The position numbers were made by a program, and so were the translations under genes. DNA of 64,000 bases from positions 73,368,937 through 73,432,936 of the forward strand of contig NC_133617.1 in NCBI RefSeq assembly GCF_048593235.1, given 5' to 3'. The DNA is from Sminthopsis crassicaudata (taxonomy: Eukaryota). The notes beneath the pieces are model-generated. The model was given only the letters and a program-made list of their open reading frames with translations, was not told where the DNA came from and did not search any database. Below, in pieces: positions 1 to 26,863 of this stretch (positions within the stretch are counted from its first letter, which is position 1; the number at the start of each line of letters is the position of its first letter).

Positions 1-722
1 TTGTATTTTGTCTCAGGACTTTACCTGATTTCTTTCCTAGTCACTGTGTGTATGACCTCAGTTTTCCACATTCCTTGATCTACACATTTTGTCTTGTTGG
101 GGTCATTTTGACTTGTTGGGGTTTTCTTTGCTCTGATGGACAAAGAAGTGGCCTAGCTTTCACAGATTCAGGGATTCACATCATCCTTCCAAAAGAGTAT
201 TAGTGTCTTGGTTTGGAAATCAAGGATAGAGACTGTTCTGCATACTACCAGACCCTTTCCATCCAGTCTTCAGTGGCCTTGTTTTTGTTGTTTGTTTGTT
301 TCCCCCCCTGGGGGTGTGTGTGGTGGTGGTGAATTTTTTCTCTTTCGTTTTGACCTTGATGTCTCCTTCTGAAAGGTCAGTGCTGGGACCCTTGTGCTGC
401 TAGTGTCCCTCTCCTACTCTGGCTCCCTTCCATTAATTTTGTCCCTATTTAACATTTTTAAGAAAGTGTGGGTCAGTAGTCGAGGACATGCTTACCTGAA
501 CTACTGCAGCCAGTAACAATTTAGAAGAACAAACTGTTCTTTCCAATTTTACCGCATTGGTTTTTAGTTAAAAATATCCCCTCTCCTTACCTCTACCCTC
601 ACCTTTTAAATCCTTTTGTCCACCGGCTGACCAGGTGCCCCTCATTTAAACTTGGTCTCTAACAAGCATCTCATTTTTTAGTCACAGCACGAAAACAACG
701 AAGCATCAACATTTAAATTACT

Positions 723-728
723 TTTATT
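723..728 (-). terminator. UBL5 polyadenylation signal AATAAA
   Basis: AATAAA on the minus strand, about 57 nt after the stop codon. Confidence 0.75.
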
Positions 729-784
729 AGTGAGACTTTAAAAATGGGGGAGGAGAGTTTGCAGAATTAGCAGGCCCGCTGCTC

Positions 785-1466
785 CTACTGATAATACAGC
801 TCCAGATTCATTCCATCGTGGATCTCATCTGACAGTCTGAGTCATGGAATCTGAACAATTGTCTTCTTCGCCTCCCAAACCTCTCCCCCACTGTCTAGAG
901 TGGAAGCTAGGATACTCCCCAAGGCTTAAGTCTTTTCTGGTCTCAGCTGATGGGGGTGGGGGGAGGGCAAAGAGAAAAAAGGTTCCCTCTATCCTTACAT
1001 AGGAAAAAACGTTCCCTGAGAACCCCCACGTCCCGCACCTTTCTTGGGAGATCTCACTTAAAGGATACAGTCGCCCAGGGAAACGTGGTCCTTGAAGATA
1101 GTGTACCTGGAAAGGAGGTTAGCAGCGTCAGGACCGTCCCCCCTCCGTGGGGGTAAGCCTGACCCGGAGACGTCGGCCTCCCCAGACGAGTCCCGGGAAG
1201 CCCCGCCCACACCCACCATTTCTTCAGGACGATCTTGTTCCAACGGGTTCCCGTCTGCGCCGCAATCAGTTTCTTCAGGTCTCCTATCGTGTCATCCGTG
1301 CTGGGCTGACGTTAAGGGAAAGCAAGAGAAAGCCGAGCAGAGCCGCCAAGGCCCCCGTCCCCCTCTCCCCCCTCCCCCCTCCCCCGCCCGGTCTCCCGCC
1401 AATAGGATACTTGCACTTCACACGGACCTTCTTGCCCAGCCGGTCATTACACACAACCTCGATCAT
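785..1466 (-). CDS. UBL5: Ubiquitin-like protein 5 (Hub1 ortholog), 73 aa, 4 coding exons
   Basis: Exons 1466-1411, 1300-1217, 1106-1069 and 828-785 (56+84+38+44=222 nt) translate to [73 protein letters not shown]. All introns are GT-AG. An acceptor at 1472-1471 implies an upstream non-coding exon. Confidence 0.98.
829..1068 (-). other. U12-type intron 3 of the UBL5 coding region
   Basis: 5' splice site GTATCCTTT (perfect U12 consensus); branch-like TTCCATGAC about 12 nt before the AG; no polypyrimidine tract. Confidence 0.88.
1301..1410 (-). other. U12-type (minor spliceosome) intron 1 of the UBL5 coding region
   Basis: 5' splice site GTATCCTA; branch site TTCCCTTAAC about 10 nt before the AG. 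Confidence 0.88.
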
Positions 1467-1479
1467 GGCTCTGGGGACC

Positions 1480-1852
1480 ACAAGGGCTTGGGTCAGTCCG
1501 GGGACGGGGCCCGGCCTTGTGCGCACCCCGCTCTCTGACGAATCTCCCCCCCGCCCTGCTGCTGCCTGAGGCCTCTCACCCCCCGCGAGCTCCCTCGGCC
1601 CTGCCCAGGCGCTCACCCCGGATTCCGCAGGCCTCCCGGTCCTCCGCTGCTCCGGTGTGAGTCTGCCCCTCCGCTCCCCTCTCAGCCTTTGCCCCGGCTG
1701 TGGTTTTTAGACGCCCCGGACCCTTAATCAGCAATTCTCACCCTTCCGCCTCCAGACCGAGCAGCCCCGTCCCTGCTTCGCACGACGACACCGCCCACGC
1801 TTTACGGCCACTGGAAAGCGGAAGCGGAAGCGGAAGCTCGACTTGGGTTGCG
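1480..1852. promoter_or_regulatory. CpG-rich bidirectional promoter UBL5/FBXL12 with a tandem ETS (GABPA-like) array
   Basis: Divergent ATGs at 1466 and 1853; (CGGAAG)x3 at 1819-1836; CpG-rich. Confidence 0.75.
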
Positions 1853-3089
1853 ATGGCGACGGCTTCAGAGCTGCCGGACTGTCTTCTTGTGGAAATTCTT
1901 TCGTTTGTGCCTCTCCGGGACCGAATCCGGAGCTCTAGGTACTGCTGTGCCGGCCCCGACCCCCCCGGTGGTGCCTCCTCTTTTCTCCTGGGAGTTGTCC
2001 GGGCGGGGGGCGCAGGGGGGGGGGGGCGGGCCGGCCCTGACTTCCTCGGCCTACGCTTCTCCCTAGGGTGTGCAAGCGCTGGCAGAGGCTGGTTCTGGAC
2101 AAGACTCTATGGAAATGCGTGGATCTGAGTCCTTACGTGGTAAGACCGGCCTTGGGTTCTTCCGCCCCCCCGGGGAGGGGACCCTGCAGCCCCGGGGCTG
2201 GTGGGAAGCGGGGCTTTTGGGGCGTCGGGGAGCGGGCTCGGCCATCGCCCACCTTCCCCCACAGGTGGAGCCCAACGTGCTGTGGCAGCTGATGCGGCAG
2301 TACTTGGGCCCGGGGGTGAGGTCGTTCAAGATGCGAGGCCGCCTGCTCTCCGGGCCCCGGGGCGCGCTGCTGACCCCCGCGCTGCTGCAGGCGCTGGGGA
2401 AGCGCTGTTCCAACATGGCGTACCTCAGCCTCATCGAGGAGGATCTCCGGAAAATCCCCTTCTCCTGCCTGCCGCCGACTCTTCGGTACCTGGACCTGCA
2501 GTGGTGTGAGCTCCCCCAGACCTGGTTTTCCTCAGGGGATGACCCCAGCAGTGTGCCCCAGCTGGAGCACTTGGTGCTGGACCGGGTCCCAGCCTTCTCG
2601 GACGCGCAGCTGCAGTCCCTGTCCCACTTCGGGACGCTGTGCTCCCTAGTGCTGAGGGTCACCTACAGGGTGACCTACCAGGGCTTTCTTAACGGTTTGC
2701 CGGGCCTTAGCCACCTCCAGCGTCTCGAGCTGTGTGGGTGCTCTGTGCCTTCTGATCTGACCCTGCAAATTGTAGGAAAAAACATGCCCAGACTTAAGGA
2801 GCTGAGGGTGACTGTGACTGGGCTCACGGCCCAGGGCCTGGGTCATCTAAAGGGCATAAAGACCTTAGAGATCCTGGGCCTCATGGGACCCCCCTGTACC
2901 CTAGAGGAGCTCTCCGTCAAGGACATCCTCTCTTTCTGTGTCTCAATGCCTAGTCTCAAAACCCTCAGCCTTCAGGGCTTGCGCTTGCAGGCAAAGGAGG
3001 AGGCGCTCCTTAAGGAAGGCCTGACCCACTGTGTGCTCACTGTCGAAGCGCATCCCTTGGAAGGTGAGGGATTGGAAAGCCTAGCCTAG
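1853..3089 (+). CDS. FBXL12: F-box/LRR-repeat protein 12, 327 aa, 3 exons
   Basis: Exons 1853-1938, 2067-2139 and 2265-3089 with consistent phases. N-terminal F-box (LPDCLLVEILSFVPLRDRIRSSRVCKRWQRLV), then LRRs including LDRVPAF and LVLRVTYRVT, as in mammalian FBXL12. Confidence 0.95.
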
Positions 3090-5389
3090 GAGCCCCTCAC
3101 ACCTTTACACCAGAAGTATTCAGGGTCTACTCAGACTCTCTGAGGTAGTGGAATCGAGGGACTCTCTTGCTAGGTGACTTTGGAAAAGCTGTTTCCCCCT
3201 CTCTGTACCAAATTTACTTAAGTCATTTTTTCAAATCTTACAGATTAAGTCCCTTCTAGTTCTAAACCCTCTGAAAACAGAACTTTTGAGTTCCAGGATC
3301 TTCAAACATACATACTTATGGGGTTCGAAAGGGTTGAAGCTTGTGAAGCTTCTCAGAACATCCCCCATCCTTCCTCTCTACTTCTACTCTCGTCCTTTCT
3401 GCCAAGCAGGTATCCTTGGTATAGCAGGCAGCAGTCATTTATGGTCAAGTGTTGCCCAAGAATGAATCCAACCCAGGGTGGAATGAAAGTGTTGCAGTAA
3501 AGCTGATATTTAGGATCTTTTCTAGTTTCCTGATTAGGGTTAGTTGCTGTGCCCTTCTTGGCCATCCTATTCTCACTCCTTGGTGTGGCCTTGAGCAAAG
3601 CAGCTCAACCATGAACATGGGCAGAAAGTACCAGAACTCTTCTTAGGGCCCTGGAGGAGTGTACATGCTCCACTTCTTTACCCATTTGAATTGGAAATAG
3701 TGCCCTAAAAACTTTTACCCTTTCATTTCTGAAATGTTTATCCTTGGGCTTGCTGCCATGATAAATAGTTGCCTCACCTGGCTTATAATTTTAGGCAGGA
3801 TATAACCTTGTTTCACTATACAACTCTTTCCCTCTCCCTCTCTTGTGACCATCTTTCCTAGGATACCTACCCCAGGCATTTCCCTTCTGAAACCATAAAA
3901 TTAGCCCTGCTGTAGTTCTTAGGAGTGTCGACCTACTTCTCTATGTCTCCTTTTATTATCTCTGTAACTTTCCATATCAAAGTACCTTTCTGCATTAGAA
4001 TATGTGCTTCTTGTTGAATGGGGCTGTCTTCATATTTCCAGTGCTTAGCTATGTAATATTGTAACCAAGGATTTGGGACACATTCTTTTAAAATGACTAG
4101 ATCTTTGGCTCAACTCTTTACACACAAATGCTTCATGCCTCCCAATCCCTGCATTATTCACCAATTGTTTTTGTTTCTTTGACTCCAGACTGGTATTCTC
4201 AGAATCCTGGGCTTTGTTTTAAATAAGTGAGGTGGCTGGATCTGCTGTTTTCGGGGCCAGAGGGAGTTTTTTCCTGAACCACTAGTTAGGTTAGAATCTC
4301 TGCAAAGTTCTTTGATCTGTCTACCAACAATCATTTATTAAATGTATATTACGTGCCAGCACTAGAAACAGAAGAAAATGATAGTGATTCAAATCCAAGT
4401 GAGAACCTGCTCTCAAGTTTACTTTCTGTATAAAAATATAACATACATTTATAAGTAGATTGTCATTGTCATCAGAACTGGAAGAGATTCTGAAATTACT
4501 TTAACTTTATAGGTAGCAAACTGACTTCCTAGGCTTATTGACTGATGGAGAAGGGGGCAGGACAGGGAGGGACAAGAGACTGTAAAACCTATTGTTAGCG
4601 ATTTGTTCACTTTGATCTACAGAGTAAGAGGGTGTCAGAAAAGTCCAACATGTCTGTATAGGGAGCTCCTTAGCCTTAACTGAAGAATTCCCCTCAAAGG
4701 ATAAAGGTGCCTGGTAGAAGATAGAGTAGCTATTCCTTCCTGAGGAGGGCCATTCAGAATCTGAAGCTGATGGGGCCATGAGGAGATGTCAATGGATATT
4801 AGGAGTGAAGTCATAATGAACTTGAAAATCAAATTTCTGTACTCCTTCCTGTGTTTCTGTCTACCTGAAAGACAAGAAACAAAATTGGGAGAAATAGGAA
4901 TTTGAGCAGTTCACTGTCTTGGAGTGAGTTCTAAATTTGGATAGGGACAGAAGGTGGCTTGTTGATTAGACTCTTCCTTACACTGGAATAATAAACTTGG
5001 GAGACTTTTACATTTAATATAGGATGTAAAGTAGGGAGTTGTAAGCAATCATGGACTTAAGACACTAAATTGTTTTGAAGATATGAATTATTGGGAACAT
5101 AAAGATATTGGAATCTAAAGAAAATCATCCCCACCTCTCAAAAAAATATGGAGAGAACGGGTGGGTAATAAGTGTTATAGTTGATAGGACTGTTCCACTT
5201 TCTCTGTCTTGTTACAGGCTTTCCAGTTTGAATTAATCTTTTAAAAAATTCTCTAAATTAGGACTTTGGTCCATTTCAGAGAGCAGGAAACTGGAGTCCA
5301 AAAGCTGAAACAAGGTTTGCTCCCAGGTGACAGTATTGTAATCCTTATGACTTTTCTCATGTACTGTGGCCAAATTTTGGGAGAGGGAC

Positions 5390-5640
5390 AATAATCAACT
5401 ATGAAAGATTCTTTTCAGTGGTTCAGCGATTCAAAGCATTCCCAATAGATTTTGGACAGAAAATGCCATCTGCAACCAGAGGGAGAACCGAGGAGACTGA
5501 ACGTAAATCAATACATGCTGTGTTCACTTTTTAAAAATCTCTCCCATGGTTTTTCCCTCCTGCTCTGAATGTGATTTATCTCTCAATGTGATTCCTCTCT
5601 CAATGTGATTCATAGAGCAATGTGTGTTAAACAAACTTGG
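5390..5640 (+). mobile_element. Marsupial L1 3'-UTR fragment with an internal short triplication (AATGTGATT x3 at about 5567-5605)
   Basis: Similar to the copy at 48400-48625 (gttcag.gat.caaagc..ccc..tagattttggac..aaaatgccatctgca.ccaga). Confidence 0.7.
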
Positions 5641-7283
5641 GGGGGGGTTAGTGTAGTGGGGGAGTCTGCTTTTATCTCTTTGCTAAGACTGTATTTGTCT
5701 TGAGACCCTCAAAGCTCATGTTCTGATAAGCAGCTAGGGGTTAGGTTACAGATGTAATTGACTTGGTTGGATTGGTAACAAAGAAATCCCTATTAGACTG
5801 TCACAAATGGAAGGGGATTTGGAATTATTTCTGAGAGAATTTGATTTGCCTAAGGTTACATAGCAAGGTAATAGACTTGGGGCTAAAAGTCGGGTCTCAT
5901 GTCCTACAATATTTCTCTTCTATAAAAAGCTGTCTCTAACTTCCTTCAGTGACTCTACAGGTTTGTTGTCCTAAGGATTTCCCTAAACCTTCCAAGACCA
6001 GCACTGAGATTCTCCAAAGAGCCTCCTTGAGAGCCTCACTGGGAAGATGATCAAGTGCCATACGCCTACTAGAACATTTCTTTGTGTGTACCCTTTTTCA
6101 GATTGTGAATAAAAATGTTAAAATCTGTGGACAATTCTAGTGCCAGTTTTCTTGTAACCCCTCTTCACTTACAGAAATGCCAATGATTCACCTCAAGGCT
6201 CTTGTACAACTGGGAAATTGAGGGTAACTGTTCACAGGCAGGGAAAAGGGGCAAATGACATTAAGCACAATTGGATAAATATAGAACTTTTTGAAACAGG
6301 GGAAGTGTTAAGATTTAGGGAGTAAAGTAGGGTGAAGACAGTTCTTATGGCAGAATAGAGGGAATAAAGTTATTTGTGGAAGTGATGGGAATGACCAACT
6401 AGAAGTAATGGGGAGCTAAAAAAGAAGTGACTGTGGTGTTATAAAGAAAGAAATTTGGAAACAGCAAGACTTGGATGCAAATTTGCAGTCTGCCCTTTAA
6501 ATTGCTTGCATGACCTTAGGCCTAAAATTATAGCCACAAGTAAAATGGGCTGCCCAGAGAGAAACTGGGTTTCTCTTCCCAGTACAGCCTCAATCAGTAA
6601 CACTATGACCATCTGCTGGGAATAAGTGATTTTTTTTTAGTTTATGGGTTACAAAATATGGCAGCTAAGATCCAACTCATTCTGTGGAACAGATTTATCT
6701 CCATAGGCTGTAGTCTGCAAAACTACAGTCAGACTAGCCTTTTATGTTTTCTTCCAGATCTAAATTTGCCTTTATTCTTTTTCCCTGTTCTAGAATGGAT
6801 TTTAATTTAGGTGCTGACTCCCAATCTCATCCTCAGTCCTATAATCTGAAATAGGTTATCAAATAATTAGAAATCCCCACTTTGTTCCTGATACATTAGT
6901 AAGTAGCAGAGCTGGGAATGCACAAATCTAACTCCAGTTATAAGTCCAGTATTGTTCTGAACTTTATCCCATTAGAGCAGGGAACAGAGAGGAAAAGCAT
7001 AAGGATATTCCGGATCCAGCTCAGTCTCCAACATTAGGAACATGAGGCTGTGATTCAGAAGTGATCGCAACACACTCTAGATCTAAGTGTCCTTTGGCTC
7101 ATGAAGTTACAAGTCCAGTAATTCTCCAGGTAGAAAAATCTTCCCATTTAGCTTTTCCAAAGAAAACAATTCATAAATAAAAAACAGCCAGTTTTCTTAT
7201 GCAATTATCCTAAATAAGAGGTTCACTTGGCTCTCAGGCCAAGGTAGAGGACAAGTTTTTGAACCTAGAGCTCGATACAAATC

Positions 7284-7289
7284 TTTATT
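7284..7289 (-). terminator. CHCHD5 polyadenylation signal AATAAA
   Basis: AATAAA on the minus strand, about 130 nt past the stop. Confidence 0.65.
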
Positions 7290-7421
7290 TGGATTCTGGG
7301 GCTCAGAGGCTCAGCACTAACTTCGGGTCAGCCATCTTCGGCCAAGCACTGTCCATGGGTTCTCCAGAGAAAACTCGAACTTCACGTATGCTCAATACTT
7401 CCATGGCCCAAAAAAAAGTGC

Positions 7422-8169
7422 TCACTGCGCCTGGAGAGGTTTTGGCTGTGGAGGAAAAAGACGCCGGTCACTCATCGTTCTTCCCTCCCCAGAGCTATAT
7501 CTCGAAGCTCGTAGGCGGCCCGAACCTCTGGCCCACCACTGTCGGGGTCCCCGGCTGCCCACCTCGACAGGCTGCTGCACCTGTTCGGCACACTGCAGGA
7601 ATCGCCGCACGTGCTCGGAGCAGTTGCCCACGGCAGCTTCGTTCTGGCGGAGACACAGCTCAAAGGCTTCAAAAGGCTCAGCGCAGTCCTGACGGATCTG
7701 ACGAATGATGGGGCTGGCAGAGGGCGGGAGAAGGGCACAGAAGTTAGGAGTCGGGAGCCGCGGTCCGGGCCCGCTCCGCTTCCCTCCCCGCCGCCCTCGC
7801 ACTCACTGGGAGGAGGTGCACTGCGCGATGCTCATCTTAAGGTGGTAGCAGTCCCGCTGCCATGACTGCGGCTTGGAAGCCACGCACTGGCCGTACTGCT
7901 CTAGCTCCCGGCCGCAGTAGCGCGCAGTCACCTCCAGGGCCGCCTGCCTGCAGAAGGGAATCGGAAAGTGGAGGCAGCTCCGCCGCGAGGGACCGGGTAC
8001 CGCCCAGGAGCCGGGGCTGGGGCGAGGGGGAGGCCCGGGACGGTTCCCCGAGGCCCAGAGAGGACGAGCGCCTGGGTCTCCCGAAGGGGAGAAAAAGGAA
8101 AGGGGGGAAGGGAGGGCCCCGGTGGGCTCCACGGCTCGGGCAGTCCGCCTGAGCTCCCGCTACTTACAT
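7422..8169 (-). CDS. CHCHD5: Coiled-coil-helix-coiled-coil-helix domain protein 5 (two twin-CX9C domains), 105 aa, 4 exons
   Basis: Exons 8169-8168 (AT, donor GTAAGT), 7947-7807, 7713-7563 and 7445-7422 (318 nt) give MQAALEVTARYCGRELEQYGQCVASKPQSWQRDCYHLKMSIAQCTSSHPIIRQIRQDCAEPFEAFELCLRQNEAAVGNCSEHVRRFLQCAEQVQQPVEPKPLQAQ*. Confidence 0.93.
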
Positions 8170-8338
8170 CTCGCCGCCGCCGCCGCCGCCACAGGTGCTC
8201 GAAGTGCCAGGAAGGGCCCGGGGTTCCTCCCTCCCCTTCCGGTCACGGCTGGGGATGGCGGCGTGCTGAAGTCGCGGAAGGGGGATACCGGAAGTGAGCC
8301 GGCGCCTGTCCCCGGAAGCGAGTGCCGAGCTGAGGAAG

Positions 8339-8345
<7 letters not shown>
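8170..8345. promoter_or_regulatory. Compact bidirectional promoter CHCHD5/ATP13A1
   Basis: 169 nt between the start codons. ETS cores: CTTCCGG about 8236, GCGGAAG about 8274, CCGGAAGT 8288, CCGGAAGC about 8312. A YY1-like AAGATGGCGG overlaps the ATP13A1 ATG. CpG island. Confidence 0.8.
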
Positions 8346-25046
<16,701 letters not shown>

Positions 25047-25247
25047 GCCTGAATCTAAGGCCCTCCTTCCCAGGACCATGGACAGGCGACCATGTCACCC
25101 CAGGATGGGGGCCTGGATGAGCCCAGACTCCAGGGAGGAGCAGTGACCACCCCCTGCCCATCAACATTCTAAGTGATGTTCTAGGACAGACTTAAGTGGG
25201 AACCTTTTGTACTGTGGCCCCCTGCTCTATTCCCTCCCCCTTTGGTA

Positions 25248-25253
25248 AATAAA
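25248..25253 (+). terminator. ATP13A1 polyadenylation signal AATAAA
   Basis: First AATAAA, about 200 nt after the stop, followed by a GT-rich downstream element. Confidence 0.75.
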
Positions 25254-26000
25254 GCGGCATCAGCGTATTTTAAAATTAACATGAGACTCAGCTGTCTGTT
25301 GTTGTCATGGGATGAGAGATTTAGAACTTTTTTGAGTGGAGTTCCCGGATTGGGGAAGGGGGAGGGGGAGGCAGACAATGCAGACAAGTGAAGCTACCTC
25401 AGCCTGCTTGGCTGGTTTCTGTAAGGCTTCCTTCCTCACCCAGAGTCCCACCCTCTGTCCATTCCCAACAACTGGTCTAGCTGGTACCTCCTGAGCAGCT
25501 GTTGAACCCATTTGGCCTGCATTAACTCTCCCCGAACTTTTTTTTTTTAATGGCAAGAGGTCTCTTTTTTTTCCCCCTTATGACTGGAGCCAACAAAAAG
25601 TGATCTAGATCCTTCTCCCCGTCATAACTTCTCCCTCCACCTGCCGATGGCTGTGGCAGTAACAGAACCAGAAGAGTGGGCCTCAGGGGGACGCCTGACT
25701 CCCTGTCCCAGATTCCGAGCCCCACCGCAGAGCCTCCCCTTCTCTTTACGAGGTTCCTCCCCTGCGAGGCTAGTTCCCAGCCAGGGAGGGGTTAATCTTA
25801 GCTTGGCAGCCAGGATCTGGAATGTGGCCCAGCCACCCTGAACATGACCTGGCTGGGGCAGCCCCCTGGGAAAGCTACCTGGGACGGGATCTCGGGCTCC
25901 TGGTGACCTCCGAGTTCTCGGGAGGCCGGGGCCGGCCGGGCCAGTGCCACTGGCTCCCCGAACTCCCGGGCGGCCCATGGGCCATAAGCATCGGGAAGCC

Positions 26001-26438
26001 ATGAGCCGCGCTGGGGCTGGCGGGGAGCCCCCCGCGCCAGCCGGGTGCCCGGGCCCCGCGGAGGTGTCTGCTCGGGGGACGGCTGGCCTGGACCCGGGCC
26101 CGGGCTCGCCAGGCCAGCTCCGCCGGCTCTCGGCGCACTTACGCCACATCAACGGGAAATTCCTCAACTTTCGGGCGCTGTACCGGGAGGGCTGTGAGTG
26201 GTGGGGCAGGGGAGGGAGAGCGGCCGACAATGGGGGTCACACCCGCCGAGCGGCGATGAGGGGACTGCCTGGGCCGGACCTCACACCGTCTCCTCCGCAG
26301 GCGGGGCCGGGTCTGAGCCTCTAGAAACTCACCTCAGTGACCTGCTTCAGGCAGTGGCCGAGCTCCAGACCCGGTTCCCGGTGCTGGCGGGACCTTACGT
26401 CCGGGGGGCTGCCGCGGCCCTAGTCCAAGCAGTGCAAG
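26001..26438 (+). CDS. GMIP: Predicted upstream coding exons of a long GMIP isoform (ARHGAP29/45-like N-terminal helical bundle)
   Basis: Exon A 26001-26193 (gccATGA; alternative in-frame cccATGG at 25977; donor GTGAGT) and exon B 26301-26438 (acceptor tcctccgcag, donor GTGAGG). Both end in phase 1 and join the shared exon at 27366 in frame, giving about 1056 aa. Confidence 0.72.
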
Positions 26439-26863
26439 GTGAGGGGGCGGGGACTCAGGTGAGGGCGGAGTCTGGGGCTCCGTGGGCGGGGCTGAGCACG
26501 CTTGGAGAAGCCGGGTGTAAGTGGGTGAGGGAGTCTATCGGTGTCAGTGTCTGCGAGGAGCGGCCCAGGCCCGGCTCCCGGCCGGGTTCCGAGCTGCGGT
26601 GGGACCTGCGCTGGCCATGCCGGCCTGCGAGCAGACAGTCACGGACTCGGGCCTGCTCGGCTTGAACCGGCACTTGGGGGCGGGGGCGAGAAACTGGGGG
26701 CACCGTGAACTTCCCGCCGGGCGTGTCCCCGCCCTGTGCAGGGGAGGCGGGTCCCCATACGGAAGCAGGAAGCCTGGGGGGCGGGGGAGGGGAGAGAGGG
26801 CCCCTACCTTTGCTGCGTCCGGTCACCTCCACCGAGCAGCCCTCTGGGCCTGCACCTGGAGCC

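Noticed and set aside
3090-6115. FBXL12 poly(A) site
   Set aside because: The first AATAAA sites are at 4990 and 6108; I cannot choose between them or exclude a non-canonical proximal signal.
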